Positions 25,688 through 38,510 are shown, counted from the stretch's first letter. The stretch is 64,000 nt of DNA from Macrostomum lignano (GCA_002269645.1 NIVC01002623.1:62001-126000), one strand, 5' to 3'. Notes: generated from the letters alone by a model not told the origin. Numbers and translations: made by a program.

Positions 25688-26250
25688 TATGGCTGTTGCA
25701 ATCAATCTATGGCTGTTGCAATCAATCTATGGCTGTTGCAATCAGTCTATGGCTGTTGCAATCAGTCTATGGCTGTTGCAATCAGTCTATGGCTGTTGCA
25801 ATCAGTCTATGGTTGTTGCAATCAGTCTATGGCTGTTGCAATCAGTCTATGGCTGTTGCAATCAGTCTATGGCTGTTGCAAGCAGTCTATGGCTGTTGCA
25901 ATCAATCTATGGCTGTTGTAATCAGTCTATGGCTGTTGCAATCAGTCTATGGCTGTTGCAATCAATCTATGGCTGTTGTAATCAGTCTATGGCTGTTGCA
26001 ATCAATCTATGGCTGTTGTAATCAGTCTATGGCTGTTGCAATCAATCTATGGCTGTTGTAATCAGTCTATGGCTGTTGCAATCAATCTATGGCTGTTGTA
26101 ATCAGTCTATGGCTGTTGCAATCAGTCTATGGCTGTTGCAATCAATCTATGGCTGTTGTAATCAGTCTATGGCTGTTGCAATCAATCTATGGCTGTTGCA
26201 ATCAGTCTATGGCTGTTGCAATCAATTTATGGCTGTTGCAATCAGTCTAC
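25688..26250. repeat. 20-bp minisatellite ATGGCTGTTGCAATCAGTCT
   Basis: About 28 units. Confidence 0.97.
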
Positions 26251-27111
26251 GGGTGTTGGAACTATTTTCTGAATGCTTTATCCTAATATCTCATTAGAAC
26301 TTTGGTAGCAGTTGGCACTAAAAAACAAAGCAATCATGAATATCATATTTCTGCGCCGAAAACTCTGAAACAAACTCCACCCAAACCCGGGAAAAAGAAG
26401 ATATTCTATTGGGAAGCAAAGAAGGCTGTCTCCCCAGAAAGCAGCATGGGAACCCCGTCAGTGCCGGGCGCCAGCAGTTGGGGGGGGGGAGTCTCGTATC
26501 CGAAATCAAAATGGAAGAAGTTGGAAAAAAATCCCCACAAGCGAAAGGCAATGGGAGACCCCCGCACAACTAAGAAACAATATTAAGTCGGTAGACGGTT
26601 CCTGTATTTTTGGGGAAGACAAAAAAAGCTGAATCCCATTTGCGAGTAGACCGGGGACTGGGAGCCTCCCCCGGACCGTCAGCTGGAGGCGCGCAGGCCG
26701 GCTGTGGGAGAAAAGGGAATACGGGAGCACGGCCGCTGCCCGATGTGTTTAAAAAATGACAGCCCCACCACCCCCCCCCCCCTGCTCAAAAAGCAGCAGG
26801 CGGACTCGCTACCCACTTTCTCAATTTCTTTCTTTCATTGTGTCGAAGAGCCCCCCGTTACTGAGCCCCGAAGGCCCTCCGTCGCTAAGCGCTGACTGGC
26901 CTTCGAGACTTGGAGTGTCCACTTGAACACTTCTCAACAGCGCCGGGAGGGTGCACCGCGCCCGGCTCGAAGTTCTCGAAGTGGACAGAGAAAAAGTCGA
27001 GTCTCCGGGGGAGTCGGGCCGGGGAGGTGACTGACTGGGGGCTCCATGGCACCTGGAGCTGCTTAACTTGAGTCCGAATTTGAAGCAACTGCGGCTTGCT
27101 TGAGGCTCTCA

Positions 27112-27490
27112 TCCGATCTCACCCTCTCCATCCCAAATCTCATCCTCTCTATCCCCAATCTCATCCTCACTATCCCCAATCTCATCCTCTCTATCCCCAA
27201 TCTCATCCTCTCTATCCCCAATCTCATCCTCTCTATCCCCAATCTCATCCTCTCTATCCCTAATCTCATCCTCTCTATCCCCAATCTCATCCTCTCTATC
27301 CCCAATCTCATCCTCTCTATCCCCAATCTCATCCTCTCTATCCCTAATCTCATCCTCTCTATCCCCAATCTCACCCTCTCTATCCCCAATTTCATCTTCT
27401 CTATCTCCAATCTCATCTTCTCTATCTCCAATCTCATCCTCTCAATCCCTAACCTCACCCTCTCTATCCCCGATCTCATTCTCTCAATCT
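27112..27490. repeat. 21-bp minisatellite CTCTATCCCCAATCTCATCCT
   Basis: About 18 units. Confidence 0.95.
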
Positions 27491-28249
27491 TCAACTCACC
27501 CAATCTACTATCTTATCTCTCTGGCAAATGTTTAATCTTATTCTCTATATTCTCTATTCTTACCCTCTTTATCCCCCCAATCTGATCATTCTCTATCTTG
27601 CAGTCTATAAATTTTCTCAATTCTCTCATCTCCTCGATCTTTCCTATCTACTGGTAATTTCCCGACTTCCAAACATCGCCACTTAGTGATCTACAGATAA
27701 TCTCACCTTCTTGATAATCCACTCCGCCTTCTCCATCATTTAACGTCAGTTTCGGTGAGCAGTTCAATAATCAGCACCCGCGCCCCGCCCAGCAGTTATT
27801 AAATGTCTCTAAGATCGCCCGGCCACCTGTCCGGGATGACCCTGCCTCAACCTAAATTGATTTCTCGGTCGAGCGGACACCCGATGAGAGCCGGCAGGCC
27901 AGAATCCCGAAAAGCCAAACATGTGTTTTTTGCATGACGGGCCGCAGAAATTCATCCGCATGCATAGCTGAGCAGGGGATGAGGAAGGAAGGCACCGAGA
28001 GGGCGAAATCGGAGACCTGGCCGGCTCTCAGCAGCCACTTGCTGGCCTTGCGAAACCAACACATTTATTTTGCCTCCGCAAGGCCTCTTCCATTGCTGGC
28101 GTGAATTATTAATATCGAAACATGAGGGTTGAGCCTCTGGGTCTGAAATTAAATACGACTGCAATAATTCCAGATGGAGCTGGGCAGGTGTGCCTGCCGA
28201 TTGTCAAGAGGCTGGGAGGGGAACTCATTTGTAGGAATAAATAGGAAAT

Positions 28250-28757
28250 AGCTGATCCTGAATGACTCCGAAATTGATCCTGAGCGATTCCGAAACTGAT
28301 CCTGAGTGATTCCGAAACTGATTCTGAGTGATTCCGAAACTGATTCTGAGTGATTCCGAAACTGATCCTGAGTGATTCCGAAACTGATTCTGAGTGATTC
28401 CGAAACTGATCCTGAGTGATTCCGAAACTGATTCTGAATGATTCCGAAACTGATTCTGAATGATTCCGAAACTGATTCTGAATGACTCCGAAACTGATTC
28501 TGAATGACTCCGAAACTGATTCTGAGTGATTCCGAAACTGATTCTGAATGATTCCGAAACTGATTCTGAATGATTCCGAAACTGATTCTGAATGATTCCG
28601 AAACTGATCCTGAATGACTCCGAAACTGATCCTGAGTGATTCCGAAACTGATCCTGAATGACTCCGAAACTGATCCTGAGTGATTCCAAAACTGATCCTG
28701 AATGACTCCGAAACTGATCCTGAATGACTCCGAAACTGATCCTGAATGACTCCGAAA
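28250..28757. repeat. 22-bp minisatellite CCGAAACTGAT(T/C)CTGA(G/A)TGA(T/C)T, array 1
   Basis: About 23 units. Confidence 0.95.
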
Positions 28758-29492
28758 CGAACTTCAAGAAAAATCAGTGTAAAAACTCATATTTTACAAT
28801 CTCTAATCTAATCATTTTGAATCAATTAAAAATGCATAACCCCACAGAACAATATCCAGCCAAGCACTTCCGCTCCCCAGAGAGGCCCGGGCCTCTCAAA
28901 GCTCTCGAACTGTCAGTTGCCTCCATTCGATCTAAAAGCCGAAAGCAGCTCAAAAAAGGTTGAGAAGCCGACTAAAGCCGCTCTTCCTCGACTCCTCTCC
29001 ACCCTCCATTTTCTTTTCTCTTTTACTCAAAGCAGCCGGCCTGTCCGAGCTGATTTGGCCGGGGAGAGTTGAGCTTGAAAGATTGAGAGGCCTCGGCCGA
29101 GAGCTGAAGCACCTCCTCCAGCATCCGCACCCCAGCCATTGACTCATTAGCAACTCTGCCAGTTCCATGCCGGCCTCCCGGCCTCGACTCAATTGCCCCC
29201 CCCCCACGCTTCAATCCGAGCCGCGCTCTCATCCTTTGTCCGTCTTTGAGCAGGCACTTGTCCTTCTGCTCCCGCCCGGAGCTGAACTGCCACGCTCCGA
29301 GGTTCGCCCTGCATCCACCTGCTCAAACTGGCCTGCCTGCTCTTTGCAATATTTATACCTTTTAGTCTTCGAACTTGACAAAGTCGTGACTTGAAATTTG
29401 GTCGAATAGTTGAGCTGGATGTAAAATACGGTCGTAAAATCGCCTCGCGCCTGCTGAGATGAATAATAAAAAATCTCTGTGGATCAGATTTG

Positions 29493-30080
29493 CTATTCCG
29501 AAACTGATTCTGAGTGAATCCGAAACTGATTCTGAGTGATTCCGAAACTGATTCTGAATGACACCGAAACTGATTCTAAGTGATTCCGAAACTGATTCTG
29601 AGTGATTCCGAAACTGATTCTGAATGACACCGAAACTGATTCTGGGTGATTCCGAAACTGATTCTGAGGGATTCCGAAACTGATTCTGAGTGATTCCGAA
29701 ACTGATTCTGAATAATTCCGAAACTGATTCTGGGTGATTCCGAAACTGATTCTGAATAATTCCGAAACTGATTCTGGGTGATTCTGAGTGATTCCGAAAC
29801 TGATTCTGGGTGATTTTGAGTGATTCCGAAATTGGTTCTGAGTGATTCTGAAACTGATTCTGAATAATTCCGAAATTGATTCTGGGTGATTCTGACTGAT
29901 TCCGAAACTGGTTCTGAGTGATTCCGAAACTGATTCTGAATAATTCTGAAACTGATTCTGAGTGATTCCGAAACTGATTCTGAATAATTCCAAAACTGAT
30001 TCTGAATGACACCGAAACTGGTTCTGGGTGATTCTGAGTGATTTCGAAACTGAATCTGAGCGATTCCAAAACTGATTCTA
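29493..30080. repeat. 22-bp minisatellite of the same family and orientation, array 2
   Basis: About 26 more degenerate units. Confidence 0.93.
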
Positions 30081-30521
30081 TATTTGAATCACTTCGAAAT
30101 TAGAAACAGATTGTGAGTAATTTTTAGTGATATCTTGCCAAGCTTTTTAATAAAAAAACTGGGAGAGGCTCACTTCCATGGCTTCTGTGTTCCCTGCCTG
30201 AGTTCTTTGGAAAGCCATCAAACTGCAAATAACTTTCACCAGTCCAGTTTCTGGACACTGCGACACCACACGTCAGCACCGACTTTGTCCCGTTGTTAGA
30301 ACAAGTTCCCAACTTTTTCTGCCATTTAAACAAAGGAGAATTCACAAAAACACCGGGGCTACAGGGCCAAATAAGCGAGCAAGTTGGGACTGCGTACGGC
30401 GGCACTTCAGGGCCGAGAGTGGGGCCGGCGCCGCGTGCTGGACAAGGCTGGACTCGAGCCTGCTTGTCAGCGGCACTGCCCGACTGTGCTTGGGATGCCG
30501 GCTTTGTGCAGCTGGGTGCTC

Positions 30522-31135
30522 AACTGAGGATCTGGGAGGCTGGCTCAGCAACTGAGGATCTGGGAGGCTGGCTCAGCAACTGAGGATCTGGGAGGCTGGC
30601 TCAGCAACTGAGGATCTGGGAGGCTGGCTCAGCAACTGAGGATCTGGGAGGCTGGCTCAGCAACTGACACTCTGGGAGGCTGGCTCAGCAACTGAGGATC
30701 TGGAAGGCTGGCTCAGCAACTGAGGATCTGGGAGGCTGGCTCAGCAACTGAGGATCTGGGAGGGCGGCGGTGGCCCAGCAGCTGAGGATCTGGGAGGCTG
30801 GCTCAGCAACTGACACTCTGGGAGGCTGGCTCAGCAACTGACACTCTGGGAGGCTGGCTCAGCAACTGAGGATCTGGGAGGCTGGCTCAGCAACTGAGGA
30901 TCTGGGAGGGCGGCGGTGGCCCAGCAGCTGAGTATCTGGGAGGCTGGCTCAGCAATTGAGGATCTGGGAGGCTGGCCCAGCAACTGAGGATCTGGGAGGC
31001 TGGCCCAGCAATTGAGGATCTGGGAGGCTGGTCCAGCAACTGAGGATGTGGGAAGCTGGCCCAGCAACTGAGGATCTGGGAGGCTGGCCCAGCAACTGAG
31101 GATCTGGGAGGCTGGCTCAGCAACTGCAGCTCCAG
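30522..31135. repeat. 28-bp minisatellite GAGGATCTGGGAGGCTGGC(T/C)CAGCAACT, copy A
   Basis: About 21 units; same family as 36472-38510. Confidence 0.95.
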
Positions 31136-31827
31136 CAACTGCTACACACTTGAATCTAGCAGCTTACTAACAGCAGTAAGCCAACGGATTGAGAAAGCAG
31201 AAACCAAGCCGGAACTCAAAAGAAATTCCCAAGGCAGGAAAAAAGACAAAAAACCCACTGGGACGGCCATAGATTGATTGCAGTGAATTGCGACTCAAAG
31301 CAGCGGGGGTCCGCAAACCTCAGAGATACCCCTGGCGGGGGCGGCCCACCTGGACAGGAAAATAGCAACCAATTAAGATGAGCAATAAGAGAGCTGCGGG
31401 GGAGGGGGAGAGGGTTAGAGCCAGGCCGTTACCAGGCCGTTGCCAAGGCGGTTGCCGACTGCAGCTGCGGTCGCGTAATGATCACATCGCATTGCCGCAT
31501 TTGGCAGGCCATGTGGAAGGCCGGGGACTCAAGTGGGCGGGTCGCCAAGGCCGATGGGGGGGGGGGTCCCCCGAGCTCGATTCGATAGATCTGATTGCCA
31601 GCCTATTGTTCTCAACAACAACTGGCCCAGATGATGACATCTGGCCAGTCTGCATCCAGTGGATTGTCAGGCACGAACTCAATCTACAGTTGATTAGAAA
31701 CCGTTTACAACAAACTGCTTGGATATTCGATTGCCGGCCCACTTCACAGATTTAATTACGCGAGCGTTGAGGACCCTTGATCGGAATCTGGGTCAGCCGG
31801 GACTCTCGCAGCTAAATTGATTTACAG

Positions 31828-31890
31828 AATGCATAAATCATAACTGCAGCGATCTGTCAATCAGTGTGCACTGGGATGTCATTTGTCACA
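31828..31890. promoter_or_regulatory. Conserved noncoding element containing TGATTGACAG, copy A
   Basis: GCATAAATCA...ATCTGTCAATCAGT..GCACTGGG.TGTCATT aligns with 38547-38610 in the other duplicated unit while flanking DNA is diverged. Confidence 0.45.
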
Positions 31891-32064
31891 CGCGGCTTTA
31901 ATAAAGAAAATAAAAAAATCCAGATAAAAAATTCAGTCAAATGCCAAAAATTTTGCTGTGGAACAGAGCCTGTATATCAATTTGATCAACCCGGTCCCAT
32001 CTGACTTTATGATTATTAATTTGCTAGTGAAAGGAAAAAGTGGAACAACTGTCAATTAATTCCA

Positions 32065-32815
32065 CTCACTCCCCAGCAATCAAGTCACTCCCCAGCAATC
32101 CCAGTCACTCCCCAGCAATCCCAGTCACTCCCCAGAAATTCCAGTCACTCCCCAGCAATCCCAGTCACTCCCCAGAAATCCCAGTCACTCCCCAGCAATC
32201 CCAGTCACTCCCCAGCAATCCCAGTCACTCCCCAGCAATCCCAGTCACTCCCCAGCAATCCCAGTCACTCCTCAGCATCCCAGTCACTTCTCACCAATCC
32301 CAGTCACTCTCATCAATCCCAGTCACTCCCCAGAAATTTCAGTCACTCCCCAGCAATCCCAGTCACTCCCCAGCAATCCCAGTCACTCCCCAGAAATCCC
32401 AGTCACTCCCCAGCAATCCCAGTCACTCCCCAGCAATCCCAGTCACTCCCCAGCAATCCCAGTCACTCCCCAGCAATCCCAGTCACTCCCAAGCAATCTC
32501 AGTCACTCCCAAGCAATCCCAGTCACTCCCCAGCAATCCCAGTCACTCCCCAGCAATCCCAGTCACTCCCCAGCAATCCCAGTCACTTCCCAGCAATCCC
32601 AGTCACTCCCCAGCAATCCCAGTCACTCCCCAGCAATCCCAGTTACTCCCAAGCAATCCCAGTCACTCCTCAGCAATCCCAGTCACTCCCCAGCAATCCC
32701 AGTCACTCCCCAGCAATCCCAGTCACTCCCCAGCAATCCCAGTCACTCCCCAGCAATCCCAGTCACTCCCAAGCAATCCCAGTCACTCCTCAGCAATCCC
32801 ACTCACTCCTCACCA
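32065..32815. repeat. 20-bp minisatellite CCCAGTCACTCCCCAGCAAT, copy A
   Basis: About 37 units; same family as 38848-39737. Confidence 0.95.
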
Positions 32816-33148
32816 GTCAGTCACAGAGTGAATCAAAAAAGAAACTCTACATTATCAGTCTGTTTTATTATGGCTTCAGCGCCTTTTGAAACTACAGAAT
32901 TTATATATACTCGTAGTTTATTAAAAACTCAGTCCCTGGCTCCATACTGTCTGCATTAATGACGTCTATAAATAAGAACAATTTACGAGTAATTAGCGTT
33001 CAAAAATTAATGTACGCCAACTTCTACTATCAGTAGGTAGGTTAAGATATTGCTGTATGATCAGTTTAGTTGAACGCTTTTTACCATAGACAGGCCTAAT
33101 GAAGAGATCGATTGCATCACACTCGCGCCTTACTGCATGCCGGCGCAG

Positions 33149-36100
33149 TCACGGCCGCGCATCCGCAGCCAGCAGGACCTGGACGTCTCCGAATATCGCA
33201 GCCTCAGCGTCTTCGTCCCGCAGAGCCGCGAACTCCCGCGCCAGCCGCTCCAGGCGGTCGCTGCCGCCGCCGTCGCCGAGGCCGAGCAGCACCTGCGGAA
33301 TGTCGACGTAGAAGTCGCCGAGCGGCGAGCGAAGCCGGTCCTCGGCGCTGCTCACTGCAAAGCGCGCGTTCGGGCGGCCCGCGAGCCGCGGCGCAAGTCG
33401 CTCGGCCAGTCTTGGCTCGGGGTCAACCAAGGTCACGCCGCCGGACGGGCCCACCGTGTCGCAGTAGAAATCGAGCAGCGGGGCGAAGCCGCAGCCCAGC
33501 TCGAGCACCTGCTGGCCTGGCAGCGGGGGAGCGTCAAGAAAGCATCCGGTTTTGTGCTGTTACCCAATGTAGCATCAGGCAGGGACCGGGCTCTGCATGC
33601 CGGTAGCAGGAGATAGATCATGACTCTCACTGTATGACCTCTGGAGTGACCTCTGTCAATCATTATGACTCTCACGGGATGACCTCTGGAGTGACCTCTG
33701 TCAATCATTATGACTCTCACGGGATGACCTCTGGAGTGACATCTGTCAATCATCATGACTCTCACTGTATGACCTCTGAAGTGATCTCTGTCAATCATCA
33801 TGACTCTCACTGTATGACCTCTGGAGTGACCTCTGTCAATCATCATGACTCTCACTGTATGACCTCTGGAGTGATCTCTGTCAATCATCATGACTCTCAC
33901 TGTATGACCTCTGGAGTGACCTCTGTCAATCATCATGACTCTCACTGTATGACCTCTGGAGTGATCTCTGTCAATCATCATGACTCTCACGGGATGACCT
34001 CTGGAGTGACCTCTGTCAATCATCATGACTCTCACTGTATGACCTCTGGAGTGATCTCTGTCAATCATCATGACTCTCACGGGATGACCTCTGGAGTGAC
34101 CTCTGTCAATCATCATGACTCTCACTGTATGACCTCTGGAGTGATCTCTGTCAATCATCATGACTCTCACGGGATGACCTCTGGAGTGATCTCTGTCAAT
34201 CATCATGACTCTCACGGGATGACCTCCGGAGTGACCTCTGGCAATCATCATGACTCTCACGGGATGACCTCCGGAGTGACCTCTGTCAATCATTATGACT
34301 CACGGGATGACCTCTGGAGTGACCTCTGTCAATCATCATGACTCTCACGGGATGACCTCTGGAGTGACCTCTGTCAATCATCATGACTCTCACGGGATGA
34401 CCTCTGGAGTGACCTCTGTCAATCATCATGACTCTCACTGTATGACCTCCGGAGTGACCTCTGTCAATCATCATGACTCTCACGGGATGACCTCCGGAGT
34501 GACCTCTGTCAATCATTATGACTCACGGGATGACCTCTGGAGTGACCTCTGTCAATCATCATGACTCTCACGGGATGACCTCCGGAGTGACCTCTGGCAA
34601 TCGTCATGACTCTCACGGGATGACCTCCGGAGTGACCTCTGTCAATCATTATGACTCACGGGATGACCTCTGGAGTGACCTCTGTCAATCATCATGACTC
34701 TCACGGGATGACCTCTGGAGTGATCTCTGTCAATCATCATGACTCTCACGGGATAACCTCTGGAGTGATCTCTGTCAATCATCATGACTCTCACTGTATG
34801 ACCTCTGGAGTGATCTCTGTCAATCATCATGACTCTCACTGTATGACCTCTGGAGTGACCTCTGTCAATCATCATGACTCTCACTGTATGACCTCTGGAG
34901 TGATCTCTGTCAATCATCATGACTCTCACTGTATGACCTCTGGAGTGACCTCTGTCAATCATCATGACTCTCACTGTATGACCTCTGGAGTGATCTCTGT
35001 CAATCATCATGACTCTCACGGGATGACCTCTGGAGTGACCTCTGTCAATCATCATGACTCTCACGGGATGACCTCTGGAGTGACCTCTGTCAATCATCAT
35101 GACTCTCACGGGATGACCTCTGGAGTGACCTCTGTCAATCATCATGACTCTCACTGTATGACCTCTGGAGTGATCTCTGTCAATCATCATGACTCTCACT
35201 GTATGACCTCTGGAGTGACCTCTGTCAATCATCATGACTCTCACTGTATGACCTCTGGAGTGATCTCTGTCAATCATCATGACTCTCACTGTATGACCTC
35301 TGGAGTGACCTCTGTCAATCATCATGACTCTCACTGTATGACCTCTGGAGTGATCTCTGTCAATCATCATGACTCTCACGGGATGACCTCTGGAGTGACC
35401 TCTGTCAATCATCATGACTCTCACTGTATGACCTCTGGAGTGATCTCTGTCAATCATCATGACTCTCACGGGATGACCTCCGGAGTGACCTCTGGCAATC
35501 ATCATGACTCTCACGGGATGACCTCTGGAGTGACCTCTGTCAATCATTATGACTCACGGGATGACCTCTGGAGTGACCTCTGTCAATCATCATGACTCTC
35601 ACTGTATGACCTCTGGAGTGACCTCTGGCAATCATCATGACTCTCACGGGATGACCTCCGGAGTGACCTCTGTCAATCATTATGACTCACGGGATGACCT
35701 CTGGAGTGACCTCTGTCAATCATCATGACTCTCACGGGATGACCTCTGGAGTGACCTCTGTCAATCATCATGACTCTCACGGGATGACCTCTGGAGTGAC
35801 CTCTGTCAATCATCATGACTCTCACGGGATGACCTCCGGAGTGACCTCTGTCAATCATCATGACTCTCACGGGATGACCTCCGGAGTGACCTCTGTCAAT
35901 CATCATGACTTTCACGGGATGACCTCCGGAGTGATCTCTGTCAATCATCATGACTCTCACTGTATGACCTCCGGAGTGACCTCTGTCAATCATCATGACT
36001 CTCACGGGATGACCTCCGGAGTGACCTCTGGCAATCATCATGACTTTCACGGGATGACCTCCGGAGTGATCTCTGTCAATCATCGTGACCATTTGCAGAA

Positions 36101-36327
36101 TGGGCAGCTCCCAAGATCAAGTAAATGAAAGCAATCTGAGCAGAGGCTGGCACCGGCCCCTTCACTCCCACGCACCTTCTGCTAGACCGGCTTTCTTCAG
36201 AAATTTGATCATCCTATCCTGCTTCAGCTCGAATTCGCGCCTCAGGATGTCCTCCATGGCAAAGAAGTCGTGGTGGTGAGGGTCGCTATGAGCCTTGATG
36301 CCTCGGCTGCTGGTGGCTGTGCGACAT
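33149..36327 (-). pseudogene. Tandem paralog of the methyltransferase, with an in-frame 324-bp deletion in exon 2 and a disrupted first ATG frame; exons 36176-36327 (open from ATG 36257) and 33149-33516
   Basis: Same intron position and phase as 39747-41452. The ATG at 36327 reads MSHSHQQPRHQGS* out of frame with HHHDFFAMEDILRREFELK. Exon 2 fuses SSAED directly to RLRSPLGDFYVD. A 149-aa ORF from ATG 36257 stays open, so a truncated coding gene is not excluded. Confidence 0.65.
33615..36085. repeat. 45-bp minisatellite GACTCTCACGGGATGACCTCTGGAGTGACCTCTGTCAATCATCAT filling the intron of the methyltransferase paralog
   Basis: About 55 units with occasional 43-bp variants. Confidence 0.97.
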
Positions 36328-36471
36328 TTGCTGCTCAAGCTGGAGCATTTTTTTGCTGGTGCAACTTAAACTCTTGCAGAAAAATTAAAGCAGCCTTGAA
36401 AATTCGAACTTCAACTCCAATTTCTAGATTACTGGCGCTAGATTAGCAATCCATTTCATGTGCCAGCCTGG

Positions 36472-38510
36472 GAATCTGGGAGGGCGGCAGCGGTGGCCCA
36501 GTAACTGAGGATCTGGGAGGCTGGCCCAGCAACTGAGGATCTGGGAGGCTGGCCCAGCAATTGAGGATCTGGGAGGCTGGCCCAGCAACTGAGGATCTGG
36601 GAGGCTGGCCCAGCAACTGACACTCTGGGAGGCTGGCCCAGCAACTAAGGATCTGGGAGGCTGGCTTAGCAACTGAGGATCTGGGAGGCTGGCCCAGAAA
36701 CTGAGGATTTGGGAGGCTGGACCAGCAATTGAGGATCTGGGAGGCTGGCCCAGCAACTGACACTCTGGGAGGCTGGCCCAGCAACTGACACTCTGGGAGG
36801 CTGGCCCAGCAACTAAGGATCTGGGAGGCTGGCCCAGAAATTAAGGATCTGGGAGGCTGGCCCAGCAATTGAGGATCTGGGAGGCTGGCCCAGCAACTGA
36901 GGATCTGGGAGGCTGGCCCAGCAACTGACACTCTGGGAGGCTGGCCCAGCAACTAAGGATCTGGGAGGCTGGCTTAGCAACTGAGGATCTGGGAGGCTGG
37001 CCCAGAAACTGAGGATTTGGGAGGCTGGCCCAGCAATTGAGGATCAGGGAGGCTGGCCCAGCAACTCAGGATCTGGAAGGCTGGCCCAGCAACTGAGGAT
37101 CTGGGAGGCTGGCCCAGCAACTGAGGATCAGGGAGGCTGGCCCAGCAACTGAGGATCAGGGAGGCTGGCCCAGCAACTGAGGATCTGGAAGGCTGGCCCA
37201 GCAACTGAGGATTTGGGAGGCTGGCCCAGAAACTGAGGATCAGGGAGGCTGGCCCAGCAACTGAGGATCTGGGAGGCTGGCCCAGCAATTCAGGATCTGG
37301 GAGGCTGGCCCAGCAACTGAGGATCTGGAAGGCTGGCCCAGCAACTGACACTCTGGGAGGCTGGCCCAGCAACTGAGGATCAGGGAGGCTGGCCCAGCAA
37401 CTGAGGATCAGGGAGGCTGGCCCAGCAATTGAGGATCAGGGAGGCTGGCCCAGCAACTGAGGATCAGGGAGGCTGGCCCAGCAACTGAGGATCAGGGAGG
37501 CTGGCCCAGCAATTGAGGATCTGGGAGGCTGGCCCAACAACTGAGGATCAGGGAGGCTGGCCCAGCAACCGAGGATCAGGGAGGCTGGCCCAGCAATTGA
37601 GGATCTGGGAGGCTGGCCCAACAACTGAGGATCAGGGAGGCTGGCCCAGCAACTGAGGATCAGGGAGGCTGGCCCAGCAATTCAGGATCTGGGAGGCTGG
37701 CCCAGCAACTGAGGATCTGGAAGGCTGGCCCAGCAACTGAGGATCTGGGAGGCTGGCCCAGCAACTGAGGATCTGGGAGGCTGGCCCAGCAACTGAGGAT
37801 CAGGGAGGCTGGCCCAGCAACTGAGGATCAGGGAGGCTGGCCCAGCAACTGAGGATCTGGGAGGCTGGCCCAGCAACTGAGGATCTGGGAGGCTGGCCCA
37901 GAAACTGAGGATCAGGGAGGCTGGCCCAGCAACTGAGGATCTGGGAGGCTGGCCCAGCAATTCAGGATCTGGGAGGCTGGCCCAGCAACTGAGGATCTGG
38001 AAGGCTGGCCCAGCAACTGACACTCTGGGAGGCTGGCCCAGCAACTGAGGATCAGGGAGGCTGGCCCAGCAACTGAGGATCAGGGAGGCTGGCCCAGCAA
38101 TTGAGGATCAGGGAGGCTGGCCCAGCAACTGAGGATCAGGGAGGCTGGCCCAGCAACTGAGGATCAGGGAGGCTGGCCCAGCAATTGAGGATCTGGGAGG
38201 CTGGCCCAACAACTGAGGATCAGGGAGGCTGGCCCAGCAACTGAGGATCAGGGAGGCTGGCCCAGCAATTGAGGATCTGGGAGGCTGGCCCAACAACTGA
38301 GGATCAGGGAGGCTGGCCCAGCAACTGAGGATCAGGGAGGCTGGCCCAGCAATTCAGGATCTGGGAGGCTGGCCCAGCAATTGAGGATCTGGGAGGCTGG
38401 CCCAGCAACTGGGGATCAGGGAGGCTGGCCCAGCAACTAAGGATCTGGGAGGCTGGCCCAGCAATTGAGGATCTGGGAGGCTGGCCCAGCAATTGAGGAT
38501 CTGGGAGGTG
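36472..38510. repeat. 28-bp minisatellite GAGGATCTGGGAGGCTGGCCCAGCAACT, copy B
   Basis: About 72 units. Confidence 0.97.

Noticed and set aside
16100-31500. GC-rich short ORFs downstream of NK2.1 (possible second NK gene or other neighbour)
   Set aside because: No homeobox or other domain motifs, overlapping ORFs on both strands, no consistent exon chain; more consistent with regulatory DNA.
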